In this document: piece by piece, positions 48,072 through 63,011 of the stretch
How the letters are laid out: each line of letters opens with the position of its first letter
How positions within the stretch are numbered: the stretch's first letter is position 1
Assembly (NCBI GenBank): GCA_964387535.1
Contig: CAYLXH010000001.1
Coordinates: 786-64,785, forward strand
From: an uncultured Butyricicoccus sp.
GTDB lineage: Bacteria > Bacillota > Clostridia > Oscillospirales > Butyricicoccaceae
Reading direction: 5' to 3'
DNA: 64,000 bases
Notes under the pieces: model-generated
What the model saw: the letters and a program-made list of their open reading frames with translations, nothing else
Database searches by the model: none
Told to the model about the DNA's origin: nothing
Made by a program: the position numbers and the translations under genes

Positions 48072-48745
48072 CCCCTGTCTCCCCTTTCCATTGCTCCGTC
48101 ACGATCTTCCTTCCAAAATTTTGAGCGAAACAGCGCGTCTGCCGGAAGATGTGTCGTACTGTTATAGTCCAAAAATTCCGGTGCATCCGGTTTGGGAAAC
48201 ACGACCGTTGTGACCGAAGCGTTGGATACCATGCGCGGCTTCATCTCATCGAACGGACAGTCCACCGTGCCAAGATATGTCATCAAGGCAAATCCATGCG
48301 AAACGATGGCAATCGTCCCTTCCGGATGCGCGTTTACCAGCTGCTCAACCGCGGCGCGCACCCGTTCCCATACCTGTCGTCCGGTCTCTCCCTCCGGCGG
48401 CGCAAACTGTGTCGGATTCGAGCGCAGCGTTGTCATGCTGCCCGGATACCGTGCTTCATTTTCTTCATTTGTATGATTTTCCAACAGTCCCCCGTTGACT
48501 TCACGCAGTCCATCCACTGGAATCGGGTCACAGTCCAGATAGCGGCAGATTCCCTCTGCGGTCTGCCGTGCCCGGAGCAACGGACTGCAATACACCGCAT
48601 CCACCGGCATTCCTCGAAATCGCTCTGCCAACGCATCTGCCTGCTTTTGGCCCATCTCCCCCAGCGGGGTATCCGTCGCCCCCTGAAAACGTCCCGTTTC
48701 ATTGGACGCTGTCGTCCCGTGCCGGACAAAATAAACGGTTGTCAT
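48068..48745 (-). CDS. Histidine phosphatase (phosphoglycerate mutase family)
   Basis: VRHG, SPLLRARQTA, PEGET, VSHG. Confidence 0.9.
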   Translation of the reverse strand: MTTVYFVRHGTTASNETGRFQGATDTPLGEMGQKQADALAERFRGMPVDAVYCSPLLRARQTAEGICRYLDCDPIPVDGLREVNGGLLENHTNEENEARYPGSMTTLRSNPTQFAPPEGETGRQVWERVRAAVEQLVNAHPEGTIAIVSHGFALMTYLGTVDCPFDEMKPRMVSNASVTTVVFPKPDAPEFLDYNSTTHLPADALFRSKFWKEDRDGAMERGDRG

Positions 48746-48806
48746 CGTTCTGTCTTCCTCCTAAAAAAGCAGGAGCGAGCACCGCTCACTCCTGTTGTTT
48801 TTCCCT

Positions 48807-49670
48807 TTATTCCATACAGAGCAAATACTGCCCATACAGGGTCTTGCCCAATTTGGCTCCCTGTTCGTGAACCTGCTGCGTCGTGAGCAAGCCGCGTTGA
48901 AGCGCAATTTCCTCCGGACACGCAATGTAACGGCCCGTTCGGTGCTGTACCTCGCGAACACGATTTGCCGCCTCCAACAGGCTCTCCGCCGTTCCGGCGT
49001 CCATCCAGACAAAATCCTTTGCCAGCGGTGTGACATGCAGCTGTCCGCGGCGCAGGTACTCCAAATTCACATCGGTGATCTCCAGCTCACCGCGTGCAGA
49101 CGGCTTGAGATTCCGGGCGATTTCCACTACCTGATGGTCATAAAAATACAGCCCCGGGATGATGTAATTCGATTTTGGGAAGCGCGGCTTTTCCTCGATG
49201 CTGATCGCGCAGCCCTGTTCATCAAACTCTACGACACCAAACGCGCGCGGATCGTCCACATGATAGCCAAACACCGAGGCGCCCTCCGTTCTCTGCTTGG
49301 CCTCTTCGAGAAACGCATACTGTCGGCTTTCATCGTAAAAAATGTTATCTCCCAGCACCAGGCACACCGAATCGCCCTGAATAAACGACTCTGCCACCAG
49401 AAATGCATCTGCAATTCCCCGCGGCACATTCTGAACCCGGTACTGAATGTGTACCCCAAACGCACTGCCGTCCCCCAACAGCTTTTCAAACGTCTCCTCT
49501 TCGTCCGGAGGAATAATTACTAAAACATCCCTAATTCCAGCATGAAGCAATATTGACAACGGATAATAGATCAGCGGCTTATCGTAGACCGGAAGCAGCG
49601 GTTTGCATACTGGCTTAGTCATCGGATACAAACGCGTACCCTTTCCTGCCGCGAGAATGATACCTTTCAT
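48807..49670 (-). CDS. rfbA: Glucose-1-phosphate thymidylyltransferase
   Basis: KGIILAAGKGTRLYP, LPVYDKPLIYYPL, LGDNIF, EEKP, PSARGELEITD, WMDAGT. Confidence 0.93.
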   Translation of the reverse strand: MKGIILAAGKGTRLYPMTKPVCKPLLPVYDKPLIYYPLSILLHAGIRDVLVIIPPDEEETFEKLLGDGSAFGVHIQYRVQNVPRGIADAFLVAESFIQGDSVCLVLGDNIFYDESRQYAFLEEAKQRTEGASVFGYHVDDPRAFGVVEFDEQGCAISIEEKPRFPKSNYIIPGLYFYDHQVVEIARNLKPSARGELEITDVNLEYLRRGQLHVTPLAKDFVWMDAGTAESLLEAANRVREVQHRTGRYIACPEEIALQRGLLTTQQVHEQGAKLGKTLYGQYLLCME

Positions 49671-49775
49671 CTCGTTCCCCTCTCTCTGACTTCCTTGTTT
49701 TATCCTTCCGATTCTATTATACGGTTCTCCTTTTCAAACTGTCAAGATTTTACTGCTTGTTTTTTGCCTTGCTTT

Positions 49776-50720
49776 CTAAAGAAGCCCCATCGTTCGCAGC
49801 AAAAAAATCCATCCGGTCAGCGTAACCGAAGAGAGCAGTGTTGTCAAAACTACAATACTGGAGGTTAGTTCCCCATCATTGTCCATATTTTTCGCCATAA
49901 TATAGCACGATACCGTCGTTGGAGAGCCAACCATAATCAAAATTGCAATCATTTCCGCACCGTGGAAGCCACATGCAATGGCAATGGGCAAAAACAGCGC
50001 CGGAAGAGCAATCAGTTTGATGCCGGCGGCTACTGTTGTCAGCCGGAAGCGGGATAACGCACTTCGCCCTTCAAATCCGGCGCCCACAACCAGCAGCGCA
50101 ATTGGTGTAGCTGTCGCCGCGATGCTTGTGACTGTTTTCATCGGAATGATCGGGATTGATATGCCAAAAAGCGAGAACGGCACACCAGCCAGAATGCCCA
50201 GAATAATCGGATTTCTGAGTACGTTGCTGCACGCCGCGCGAATCGCTCCGCTCCCTTTAACCCGGTGTTTCGCTGAAAACGTCAAGATAATAACAGAATA
50301 AATGTTAAACAGCGGAACAGCCGCAACGATCATCATCGGCGTCAGACCGGCATCCCCATAGATATTTTCTACAAAGGCAATCCCGAGCACGGCCGCACTG
50401 CTTCGCACAGCGGCCTGAGAAAACGCTCCGACCAGATCTTTTTCCCGTATCCACACTGCCGCCAGCGCCCACACACCGAGGAACATCACCGTTGTGACCA
50501 CCATGCAGTAAATCACAAACGCCGGCTGAAAGTCTGACCGCAGATTGGTCTGTGCAATGTCGCGAAAGAGCAGCAGCGGCAACGCAACCTTAAAGACATA
50601 TCGGTTTGCCACCGCGCAGAACTCCTCATTCAGCATGCCAATCCGACGCAGAACATATCCCACCACCATGACCAGGAACACCGGCATGGTCGCATTCAGA
50701 CTAAACAGAAATGCACTCAC
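49776..50720 (-). CDS. AEC (auxin efflux carrier/malate permease) family transporter
   Basis: VFKVALPLLLF, NPIILG, TPIALL, PTTVSCYIMA. Confidence 0.88.
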   Translation of the reverse strand: MSAFLFSLNATMPVFLVMVVGYVLRRIGMLNEEFCAVANRYVFKVALPLLLFRDIAQTNLRSDFQPAFVIYCMVVTTVMFLGVWALAAVWIREKDLVGAFSQAAVRSSAAVLGIAFVENIYGDAGLTPMMIVAAVPLFNIYSVIILTFSAKHRVKGSGAIRAACSNVLRNPIILGILAGVPFSLFGISIPIIPMKTVTSIAATATPIALLVVGAGFEGRSALSRFRLTTVAAGIKLIALPALFLPIAIACGFHGAEMIAILIMVGSPTTVSCYIMAKNMDNDGELTSSIVVLTTLLSSVTLTGWIFLLRTMGLL

Positions 50721-50721
50721 G

Positions 50722-51621
50722 TCAACACCCTGTCTGCTGCGGGGACAGTCTGTGCTCTGGACGGTTCATCATCCAGATGGCAGACAATACCAGCACAATC
50801 CCCAGAACGGTCCACACAGTCATGGGGTCACCAAACGCAAGAATTCCAACCACCGTGCCGACCAGCGGTTCCGTCGTCGCCAAAATGGCCGCACGCCCAG
50901 CGGTAATCCCATTTAAACCATAGGTATAAAGTAAAAACGGCGCAATGGTACAGAACAACGCCAGAGCAACACCCTCCACAATGGCCAGCGGATGAACTAT
51001 GGTAACGCTCACGCACTCACCCAACGTAAACGGAAGCGTTGCCAGGCCGGCAAACAAGAACGTATAAAACGTAACGGTCTCTGTCGTGTACTTTTTGAGT
51101 GCAATCTTTCCCATAATGCTGTACAACCCATAGAACATCCCTGCTCCCAGACCGGTGAGAACAAACAATCCAGGCACAGCCTCTACCTCAGAAAATACAC
51201 CGGTAACACAGGCGCAGCCCACCACCGTCAGCAACAGGGCAACTCCCTTGCTTTTCGACAGCGGCTCGCGGAAAAACAGGAACGCCATCAACGTGACAAA
51301 CACCGGCGAAGTATACAGCAGCAGCGCAGCCACAGCGACGCTGGTGTGCATCAGTGTAACAAAGTAGCACAGATTAAACATGGTGACACTGACAATTCCC
51401 GTTCCAAGGAACATCCATAGATCCCTCCAGGAAATACGCAGCAGATCCCGCTTACGGATGAACAAGAACACACCGAACAGGATCGCCGACAGCACATTGC
51501 GGTAGCACACAATCGCCAAAGAACTCATTCCGCAATCATTCAGACCGTGGACAAACAGGACAATCAGTCCCCACAGCGCACCTCCACTCAGTACCATTGC
51601 ACTGGAACGACGACTATTCAA
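50722..51621 (-). CDS. DMT/EamA family transporter
   Basis: LLYTSPVFV..FFRE, EPLVG..FGD; multi-TM. Confidence 0.88.
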   Translation of the reverse strand: MNSRRSSAMVLSGGALWGLIVLFVHGLNDCGMSSLAIVCYRNVLSAILFGVFLFIRKRDLLRISWRDLWMFLGTGIVSVTMFNLCYFVTLMHTSVAVAALLLYTSPVFVTLMAFLFFREPLSKSKGVALLLTVVGCACVTGVFSEVEAVPGLFVLTGLGAGMFYGLYSIMGKIALKKYTTETVTFYTFLFAGLATLPFTLGECVSVTIVHPLAIVEGVALALFCTIAPFLLYTYGLNGITAGRAAILATTEPLVGTVVGILAFGDPMTVWTVLGIVLVLSAIWMMNRPEHRLSPQQTGC

Positions 51622-51801
51622 CCCATATCCCTCCTTGTCGGGAACACATTCCCAATCAACTACCGATTATAGCAGACTTGCCCGGCAAAGTACAGACTTC
51701 TTTGCCCCGAATACCTCTTCTTTTTTGTCCCACATATACCATTGCAGTAAAAAAGCAGAGAGTGGTTTTCCCACTCTCTGCATCCGTTCTCTCATACTGG
51801 A

Positions 51802-53223
51802 TTACAGCATGCGCGTTCCGTCCAGATCGTCCGGCTCGGCTTCCATCCCTGCTTCGGTCTCCGCAGCAGACGCATCCGCGTCAAAAATCTCCTGCTGCGT
51901 TTCCCGGAATTCCTGCGGTGCACCGGCGGCAAAGACCTGCGTGTCCTCCTCAGCCGGTTCCGGATCCTCGACCGGAATGGTACGCATGGTAATTCCCTCT
52001 GCGGTTTCCTCCGCCTCCTCACGATCCTTCTGGGTCAGCGGACGAGTCGCATCCAGCTCCTCCTCATAGTCTGTCAGAATCACTGTCGCCTCTTCGTCCG
52101 GCTCATATTCCTGGCTAACCCTCTCCGGCACCGGGCGCAATGCGCCAACCAGTGTGACGATCATCAGGATCGCAAAGACCGCGCAGCCAACCACATCAAA
52201 TCCAGTGGCCGGAAGATCCGACAGATTCCACTGCGCATAGGTCATGTAACCGCAGTACAACAGCATAACGGCAAACGCGCACAGCATCGGCTTGTACTGC
52301 CGTCCGCGATAACACAGCAGTGCAACCAGCAATACCAGCTCAAAATGCTCCGTCTGGCATACTACCGTCAAGCAAACCGCAATCAAAAGCAATATCGGAC
52401 TGATGCCGACCAGCCCCCGCAGCAGCGGATTTTCAATGACTGGTCCTGCCGGCTTTTTCTTCTTTTCCCGCCGTTTCTTCTGTTTGGTCGCAAAAGCTGT
52501 CTCCTCCGCTGCGCCGTCCGACGGTATCGTGCTGTCGTTGACCGCTCCTTCCTCCCCTTCTGGCTTCGCCGGCTGTCTCCGGAATCCCGGTGATGTACGG
52601 CGGCGATTGGTGACAAACTGGACTACAATGCCAGCTGCACTCAACACCGCACCGACGAGCAGCTGCATCGTCGTGCTGTTGGTCATTCCCGTCAGCATCA
52701 GAATCTGTGGAGCCGCAAGGAAACCACCCAGACCGGTCAGGATAATCATCACTGGCTTGAGGAACAGCACACCTGCCACGCCAAACAATACGGCACAAGC
52801 CGCCAGAATGACGAAAAACATCATGCTGTCTGAATCATTCGGTCCCAGGCCAACCGCAATCGCCGGCACACTGCCCAGCAACGCGCCAAAGCTCGCACAG
52901 ACAACAAAGACCATCACATGATATAGATGGAAAAATAAGTACCCCACTAGAAGAGCTCCGACCACACCGGCTAGAAGCGCTCCCATATCGCTCAGCGCAG
53001 AGGGCAGATAGCTCGCTGCAACAAACGCACACAGCGCACCGCCGATCGCCGCTCCTATCAGTCCGCACACCCAACGTGCCAAACGGTATCCCAGAAAGCA
53101 GCACAGCAATCCCACCACCAGCAGCGCGATTGCACCAGCGCTGGTAGCCTGTATGGTTTCATATCCATTCATTACCCATGAGACCATTGTATCCAGTATG
53201 GAACTCATCATCATTGTATGCAC
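51802..53223 (-). CDS. Membrane protein, DUF4203/TM7S3-TM198-like N-terminus with acidic C-terminal tail
   Basis: GLLCCFLGYRL..G..G.. and AGIVVQF Gly-rich TM motif; E/D/T-rich tail. Confidence 0.65.
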   Translation of the reverse strand: MHTMMMSSILDTMVSWVMNGYETIQATSAGAIALLVVGLLCCFLGYRLARWVCGLIGAAIGGALCAFVAASYLPSALSDMGALLAGVVGALLVGYLFFHLYHVMVFVVCASFGALLGSVPAIAVGLGPNDSDSMMFFVILAACAVLFGVAGVLFLKPVMIILTGLGGFLAAPQILMLTGMTNSTTMQLLVGAVLSAAGIVVQFVTNRRRTSPGFRRQPAKPEGEEGAVNDSTIPSDGAAEETAFATKQKKRREKKKKPAGPVIENPLLRGLVGISPILLLIAVCLTVVCQTEHFELVLLVALLCYRGRQYKPMLCAFAVMLLYCGYMTYAQWNLSDLPATGFDVVGCAVFAILMIVTLVGALRPVPERVSQEYEPDEEATVILTDYEEELDATRPLTQKDREEAEETAEGITMRTIPVEDPEPAEEDTQVFAAGAPQEFRETQQEIFDADASAAETEAGMEAEPDDLDGTRML

Positions 53224-53240
53224 CTCCTAATCAGAAAACG

Positions 53241-54077
53241 TCATGCCTGCTCAAGCAGCCATGTCTCCGCTCCTTTTGCTATTCCTTTTGCCAGTTTTTT
53301 TCTGTACTCTTCGGTCGCCATCCGCTCGTCTTCCTCCGGATTGCTCAGGAAGCCCATCTCGACCAGAACCGTCGGTACTTCCGACCAGTTGAATCCCGTG
53401 AGATCACTGCGTTCTACCAGCCCGCGATCCTGTGCACCGGTCGCTTTTACCATCGCTTCCTGGATACATTCCGCCGCGGCGCGGCTGGGCTGTGCAATCT
53501 CCGGCGTTCCGAGCAGATCTCCTGCCGGAATCAGCGTCGAAATCCCGTGCGCAGAGGGATCTTCCGTTCCATCCGCGTGAATGCGGATGCACAGATCCGC
53601 GTTTGCCTGATTGGCAATCTGAGCGCGTTCAATATTGCTCACTGTCGCTTCCTGCGTTTCCCGGGTCATGACAACGGTTGCGCCACGTTGTTCCAATCGT
53701 TTTTTTACGAGCTGGGCCACCGCCAGATTCAGCTCCTCCTCTGTCTGAGCCGCTCCCGACGCGCCGCTGACATAGGCCGGCTTGACCTCGTCTGATTTTG
53801 GAGAAATCGCCTCGGATTTCGACTCCGTCGTGATACCGTGACCGGGATCCAGACAAACCACATAGCCTTCCAACGGCAATTCCTGCTCGGTTTCCACTTC
53901 CTCCTGGTCAATTGGCGGATCGGTCATCGCAGAACCCATCGGTGCGGACCCTGCCGCGTCCTGTTGTGGAGCACTTCCTGACAGCTGCACCGACGATTCC
54001 TGCAGCAGGAATGGGTTGCTGCACCCGCACAGCACTGCTGCCAGCAGCGGTAGGCTGAGCCAACGCATCATCGCCAT
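53241..54077 (-). CDS. N-acetylmuramoyl-L-alanine amidase (Amidase_3), lipoprotein
   Basis: Lipobox LCGC; LDPGHG, EEELNL, RIHAD, LVEMGFLSN. Confidence 0.92.
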   Translation of the reverse strand: MAMMRWLSLPLLAAVLCGCSNPFLLQESSVQLSGSAPQQDAAGSAPMGSAMTDPPIDQEEVETEQELPLEGYVVCLDPGHGITTESKSEAISPKSDEVKPAYVSGASGAAQTEEELNLAVAQLVKKRLEQRGATVVMTRETQEATVSNIERAQIANQANADLCIRIHADGTEDPSAHGISTLIPAGDLLGTPEIAQPSRAAAECIQEAMVKATGAQDRGLVERSDLTGFNWSEVPTVLVEMGFLSNPEEDERMATEEYRKKLAKGIAKGAETWLLEQA

Positions 54078-54778
54078 CCCATCGACTCCTCATACGCAAC
54101 AATCGTATTCACGTTCGCTTTCTCAATCGAGTTGAGGCGCGCTGTCACCGTGGATTCTGTGCAGCTGCTGTCGCGCACATACCACGATTTATTGGCAAAA
54201 TAGTTCTGCCACCGCTCCGTGGTGAATGCATAACCATGGCGGGCATAGATCTCATTACGAATGGCCGCCACGGTATCCTGTCCCAAACCGGTTAAATCGG
54301 ACGATGAAATGTACTGTGTGTCTGTGGGCCACAGATACCCCGAGCTCTTTACCTTACTATAATAATCGTCCGTGTGGTTGGTTGTATTATAGTAATAATA
54401 ATTATTCACCGTCGTCTCCGTCGTCGATTCCGACTCTTTGGACTCCTCTTTTTCGCTCTTCGTCTCTTCCTTTGTCTCTGTCTGTTCGTCATTCGTTTGG
54501 CCTGCCGCCTGCACGGCCTGCTGCTCTGCCTGGATTGCTGCCATCTGAGCCTGCTGCTTTCCCCGGGTCAACACCGTAAAGCAGACAATGGCCGCCACTG
54601 CAACCACCGCGATCAGTGCAATCACGGCAATAATAATCCCATTGCTGTTTCGCCTCGGCGGCACGGAAAGGCCATAGCCAGACTGAGGACGCGCTGCCGT
54701 CTGCTGCACATGGGCACCACACGCGGCACAGAACTCCGCTCCATCCGGGATACGGGCACCGCAATTTTTACAGTACAT
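54068..54778 (-). CDS. Zinc-ribbon + TM + YARHG-domain protein
   Basis: MYCKNCG..FCAACG; one TM; RNEIYARHGYAF. Confidence 0.9.
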   Translation of the reverse strand: MYCKNCGARIPDGAEFCAACGAHVQQTAARPQSGYGLSVPPRRNSNGIIIAVIALIAVVAVAAIVCFTVLTRGKQQAQMAAIQAEQQAVQAAGQTNDEQTETKEETKSEKEESKESESTTETTVNNYYYYNTTNHTDDYYSKVKSSGYLWPTDTQYISSSDLTGLGQDTVAAIRNEIYARHGYAFTTERWQNYFANKSWYVRDSSCTESTVTARLNSIEKANVNTIVAYEESMGWR

Positions 54779-54919
54779 AAGAAAATCCTCCCAAACTCTT
54801 ATTCTCCTATACAAAATCCAGAATAATTATAACATATCTGTCTGTTCTTGTCACGTTTTCCCGCAAACTTGATGCCACGCCGCCATACTTTCCACAAATT
54901 TTCCTCTCACAATCTCTCA

Positions 54920-54978
54920 AAAAGACGACAGACACCGGCTGACATTCTCCCAAAGTCAGCCGGTGTCTGTTCGTTTTG
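54920..54978 (-). terminator. Terminator of the atp operon
   Basis: ACAGACACCGGCTGAC..GTCAGCCGGTGTCTGT. Confidence 0.75.
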
Positions 54979-54992
54979 CCCTGCGCGGGCCG

Positions 54993-55262
54993 CTATTTCC
55001 CTTCACACCACTGGAACGACGGCGTCGTGATACAGACCTCTGTTCTGCCCACCGACACTACTCCTCCTCCGCACTCTGCCTCCCGCTCCCTGCCGGATGA
55101 CCCGGTCACGCGGCAGCGCCCACTGCTCAGTGCGGTCGCATACTCCATATGCGAAGCCAGAATCCCAATCTCTCCTTCGACAGACCGCACGATCAGCCTC
55201 TGCACCTGCCCATCAAACGCCATTCCCTCCGGAGTCACAATCTGCAGCGGAAAACTCTGCAT
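54993..55262 (-). CDS. atpC: ATP synthase epsilon (N-terminal domain only)
   Basis: LQIVTPEG, GEIGILASH, GGG; 89 aa. Confidence 0.85.
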   Translation of the reverse strand: MQSFPLQIVTPEGMAFDGQVQRLIVRSVEGEIGILASHMEYATALSSGRCRVTGSSGREREAECGGGVVSVGRTEVCITTPSFQWCEGK

Positions 55263-55265
55263 CCT

Positions 55266-56669
<1,404 letters not shown>

Positions 56670-56696
56670 CACTCCTCTCTGCATCCACAACGCGTG

Positions 56697-57542
56697 TCAC
56701 CGCGCCGCGCCGCTGACAATTTCCGTAATCTCCTGCGTAATGGCACTCTGCCGCGCGCGATGATACGCAAGCTGCATCTCTTCCAGCATGTCGGACGCGT
56801 TATTGACCGCAGAATCCATCGCATTGCTGCGCGCCGCCAACTCCGACGCCCGTGACTGACAGACGGCCTGATAGCATGCGCCCGCGACAGCAGAACCGAT
56901 CACGGCATCCAGCACGGCGCAAGCCGATGGTTCATACACCGTTCGCCCGAGCTCCTCTCGTTCTGGCGACAAAGGCAGAAGGACCTGCACCGTCGGAATC
57001 TGCTGAAGCACAGAGACAAACCGCGTATATACCACGGTGACCTCTCCCCATCGGCCGCTGCGAAAGCCATCCACCAGCACACGCGCCGCCTCACCACAGT
57101 CCTCCACGGTCACCTCTGACGCCATCTCATACCCACCGATCATCTCATATCCGTGGGCCCGACCGTAGTCTGCTGCGCGGCGCCCGATTGGAAACAGGCA
57201 CACCGACGACTTGTGCTCGAACTGTTTCTCCATCGTCCGCACCAAATTGCTGTGAAATCCACCGGCAAGTCCCCGATCCCCCGCTACCATCACGCAGCAG
57301 CACTTCGCTCCCACGGTGCGCGGCTGACACAATGTTGACGCCCGTGCCGAGGGATCCGCCATGAGGCAGCGCAATACGCGCTCCCATGCCCTCTGATAGG
57401 CGGCACTGCATGCCATCCGCTCCCGCGCACGAGGCAGGGCGGAGGACGCCACCAGCTGCATCGCCCGCGTGATCTGCATCGTATTGCGTATGCTCTTCAT
57501 GCGCTGTTTTGCCCGTTTTCTTGACAGTCCCATGATCTGCAC
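56697..57542 (-). CDS. atpG: ATP synthase gamma
   Basis: ITRAMQLVA, GDRGLAG, SELAAR..AMD, RQSAITQEITEIVSGA. Confidence 0.92.
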   Translation of the reverse strand: MQIMGLSRKRAKQRMKSIRNTMQITRAMQLVASSALPRARERMACSAAYQRAWERVLRCLMADPSARASTLCQPRTVGAKCCCVMVAGDRGLAGGFHSNLVRTMEKQFEHKSSVCLFPIGRRAADYGRAHGYEMIGGYEMASEVTVEDCGEAARVLVDGFRSGRWGEVTVVYTRFVSVLQQIPTVQVLLPLSPEREELGRTVYEPSACAVLDAVIGSAVAGACYQAVCQSRASELAARSNAMDSAVNNASDMLEEMQLAYHRARQSAITQEITEIVSGAAR

Positions 57543-57545
57543 CTC

Positions 57546-59610
<2,065 letters not shown>

Positions 59611-59614
<4 letters not shown>

Positions 59615-60114
59615 CGCACATCACCCAAGCCGTCGATGCATTCCTGAATCAGCCGCTCATGGTCCCGTGCCGTGAGCTCACGTCCCACAACCCGTTCTGC
59701 CAGCTCCATCGCCAGAGCGGAGACCTCCTCCCGCAGAGAACGAACCGCCCTCCGGCGCTCCTGCTCCACGTCCTCGCTGCCCCGTTCGACAATGCGGTCG
59801 GCCTGACGCTGTGCCTCATCCAAAATCTCCGCTTCCTTCCAGTGCGCACGCTGTTGCGCACGGGTTACAATGCTCTCTGCCTCCTGATTTGCCGTTACCA
59901 TGCGCTGCTCATACTCCTGTCTTGTTCGCTCTGCCTGCTCCGAAGTTCGGGCCGCCTCCGCATACTGCTGCGCAATCTCCTCGTCCCGCTGCGCCAGAAC
60001 ACGCTGCACCGGGCCAAACAGAAAATGCCGCAGCAGCAAAACCAGAATCAGAAGATTGACCAGCTGCATGACAATTTCCCATGGGACGATACTGACAAAT
60101 TCCAATGCCTCCAT
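59611..60114 (-). CDS. atpF: ATP synthase Fo subunit b
   Basis: N-terminal TM (NLLIL..L..FLFGPV) followed by a coiled coil; GGAGGAGG RBS. Confidence 0.9.
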
Positions 60115-60128
60115 TGCCGTTCCTCCTC

Positions 60129-61203
<1,075 letters not shown>

Positions 61204-61206
61204 CGC

Positions 61207-61602
61207 TTACGCCGCCTCCTTCCGTTGAAAAACCGGAAGCCCCATGAGCAGTATCGTAATCCGCGGGAATACCATCGGCACCACCACAGACAGCCCGTGA
61301 AACCACGGCAGTTTGATTCCCAGCGCCACAACCGCCGCCAACAGCAGCAACCGCCTCGTGTACGAATTCTGCGTGATCGTTTTGGCCGCCTTCGGATCGT
61401 CCTGCTGCAGAGAACGCTGCACCGACAGCGCCATCAGGAAAAAATTCAGCACGGCAAAGCCGCCGCCCAGCAGCGCTCCCAGCACCGTACGATAGTCAAA
61501 GGCACCCGCAACCGCAAACAGCACCAGCATTCCCACACTCATGCTTGCCACACCAATGCCGATATGCTTGGTCTCTTTGATTACAGCCGGTTCAATTTTC
61601 AT
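61207..61602 (-). CDS. atpI: ATP synthase protein I (UncI)
   Basis: Four-TM protein before atpB; AAGGAGGTG RBS before MKIEPA. Confidence 0.8.
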   Translation of the reverse strand: MKIEPAVIKETKHIGIGVASMSVGMLVLFAVAGAFDYRTVLGALLGGGFAVLNFFLMALSVQRSLQQDDPKAAKTITQNSYTRRLLLLAAVVALGIKLPWFHGLSVVVPMVFPRITILLMGLPVFQRKEAA

Positions 61603-61882
61603 GTTGTTCACCTCCTTGTCGTTCTGCCGATGCAACGTCAGCCGACGCGCGCTGCTCCAGCCTCCGCTGCATCTGGCTCCAGAAACACCGCGCGCTCCAG
61701 ATGCCGCCGGCAATCCCCAGCAGCAGCGCGGCCACCATAACCCAGTAGCCCAGCGCATACCGCCGGATCAGCCATGCCGCTGCCAGCAGCGAAAGCACCG
61801 GCGGTGCGGCCAGCGAAAGACCCAGCTGCGTCAGCAGCGTCAGGTTTTCCGCACACTCTCTCAGAATCTGCCGCTTGTCCAT
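61592..61882 (-). CDS. AtpZ/AtpI-family membrane protein
   Basis: LTQLGLSLAAP, two TMs; first gene of the atp operon. Confidence 0.7.
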   Translation of the reverse strand: MDKRQILRECAENLTLLTQLGLSLAAPPVLSLLAAAWLIRRYALGYWVMVAALLLGIAGGIWSARCFWSQMQRRLEQRASADVASAERQGGEQHEN

Positions 61883-61973
61883 GCGCTCCGCTTCCCTTCG
61901 CCATTCTGTGATGTAGCTTTTCCCGTTTTTCCGGAAAAATTCCTCTGTTCCACGTTTTGTTCCGACGATTGCC

Positions 61974-62927
61974 CTATACCGTGTTGATCGGTCTGCCGTC
62001 ACGGAATGCCTGGAGATTCTGTACCGTAATATCCATCAGTCTCTGCCGCGCCGTGTCCGTCGCCCACGCAATATGCGGTGTCAGGGTACAGTTTGGTGCG
62101 TGAAGCAGCGGATTATCCCACCGCATCGGCTCGACAGAGATGACATCGGCGCCATACCCGCCCAGTGTGCCGCTGCGCAGCGCATCCGCGACATCCTGCT
62201 CCACTGCGAGCGGTCCGCGTGAGGTGTTGATAACGATTGCCGTCGGCTTGAGCCAGCGCAGCGTTCGGGCACACAGCAGCCCCTTTGTCTGCTCGGTCAG
62301 CGGAGCACACAGACTGACGACATCCGCCTGCCGAAAACCCTCCTCCAAGGTGACAAATGGCGCACCTTCCATCGGTTCCGTCGTATCCACATCGCGCGGC
62401 ACGGCGACGGTGTTCATCCCGAACGCCTGCGCCAACCGGAGCACCTGCCGTCCAATGCGTCCTATTCCCACCACACACATCGTCTTTCCGCTCAGGTTTC
62501 TCATCGGATAGTTCCAGAAGCAAAAGTCCGGACAGGTACACCAATCACCCCGATGCACTGCCTCACTGTGATCCCCGACATGCATATACAGCTCCAGCAG
62601 ATGGGCAAACACCATCTGCGCCACCGAGTCGGTGGAGTACGCGGGAATATTGGTCACCACAATCCCATGTGCGTGGCAGTACTCCACATCAATAATATTG
62701 TATCCGGTTGCCGTCACACCGATATAGCGAAGCGTCGGGCACTCCCGCAGTACCGCTGCATCCAGAACCACTTTGTTGGTCAGGACTGCATCCGCGTCGC
62801 CGATGCGCGCGACAACCTCCTCCGTGGACGTGCGGTCATACACCATCACTTCACTCAATGCGCGGATCGGCTCCCAGCTCATGTCGCCAGGATTCAGCGC
62901 CTTTCCATCCAGAATTACTGTTTTCAT
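61974..62927 (-). CDS. D-2-hydroxyacid dehydrogenase (glycerate dehydrogenase-like)
   Basis: LNPGD, ATGYN, GIGRIG, INTSRG, TPHIAWA. Confidence 0.92.
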   Translation of the reverse strand: MKTVILDGKALNPGDMSWEPIRALSEVMVYDRTSTEEVVARIGDADAVLTNKVVLDAAVLRECPTLRYIGVTATGYNIIDVEYCHAHGIVVTNIPAYSTDSVAQMVFAHLLELYMHVGDHSEAVHRGDWCTCPDFCFWNYPMRNLSGKTMCVVGIGRIGRQVLRLAQAFGMNTVAVPRDVDTTEPMEGAPFVTLEEGFRQADVVSLCAPLTEQTKGLLCARTLRWLKPTAIVINTSRGPLAVEQDVADALRSGTLGGYGADVISVEPMRWDNPLLHAPNCTLTPHIAWATDTARQRLMDITVQNLQAFRDGRPINTV

Positions 62928-63011
62928 TGCTTGTCCTCTCTTATGACTGACAATAACAGAAAAGAGAGCACGTCGCAGACCGGTCTGCAGCGCGCCCTCG
63001 TACTATCTGCA

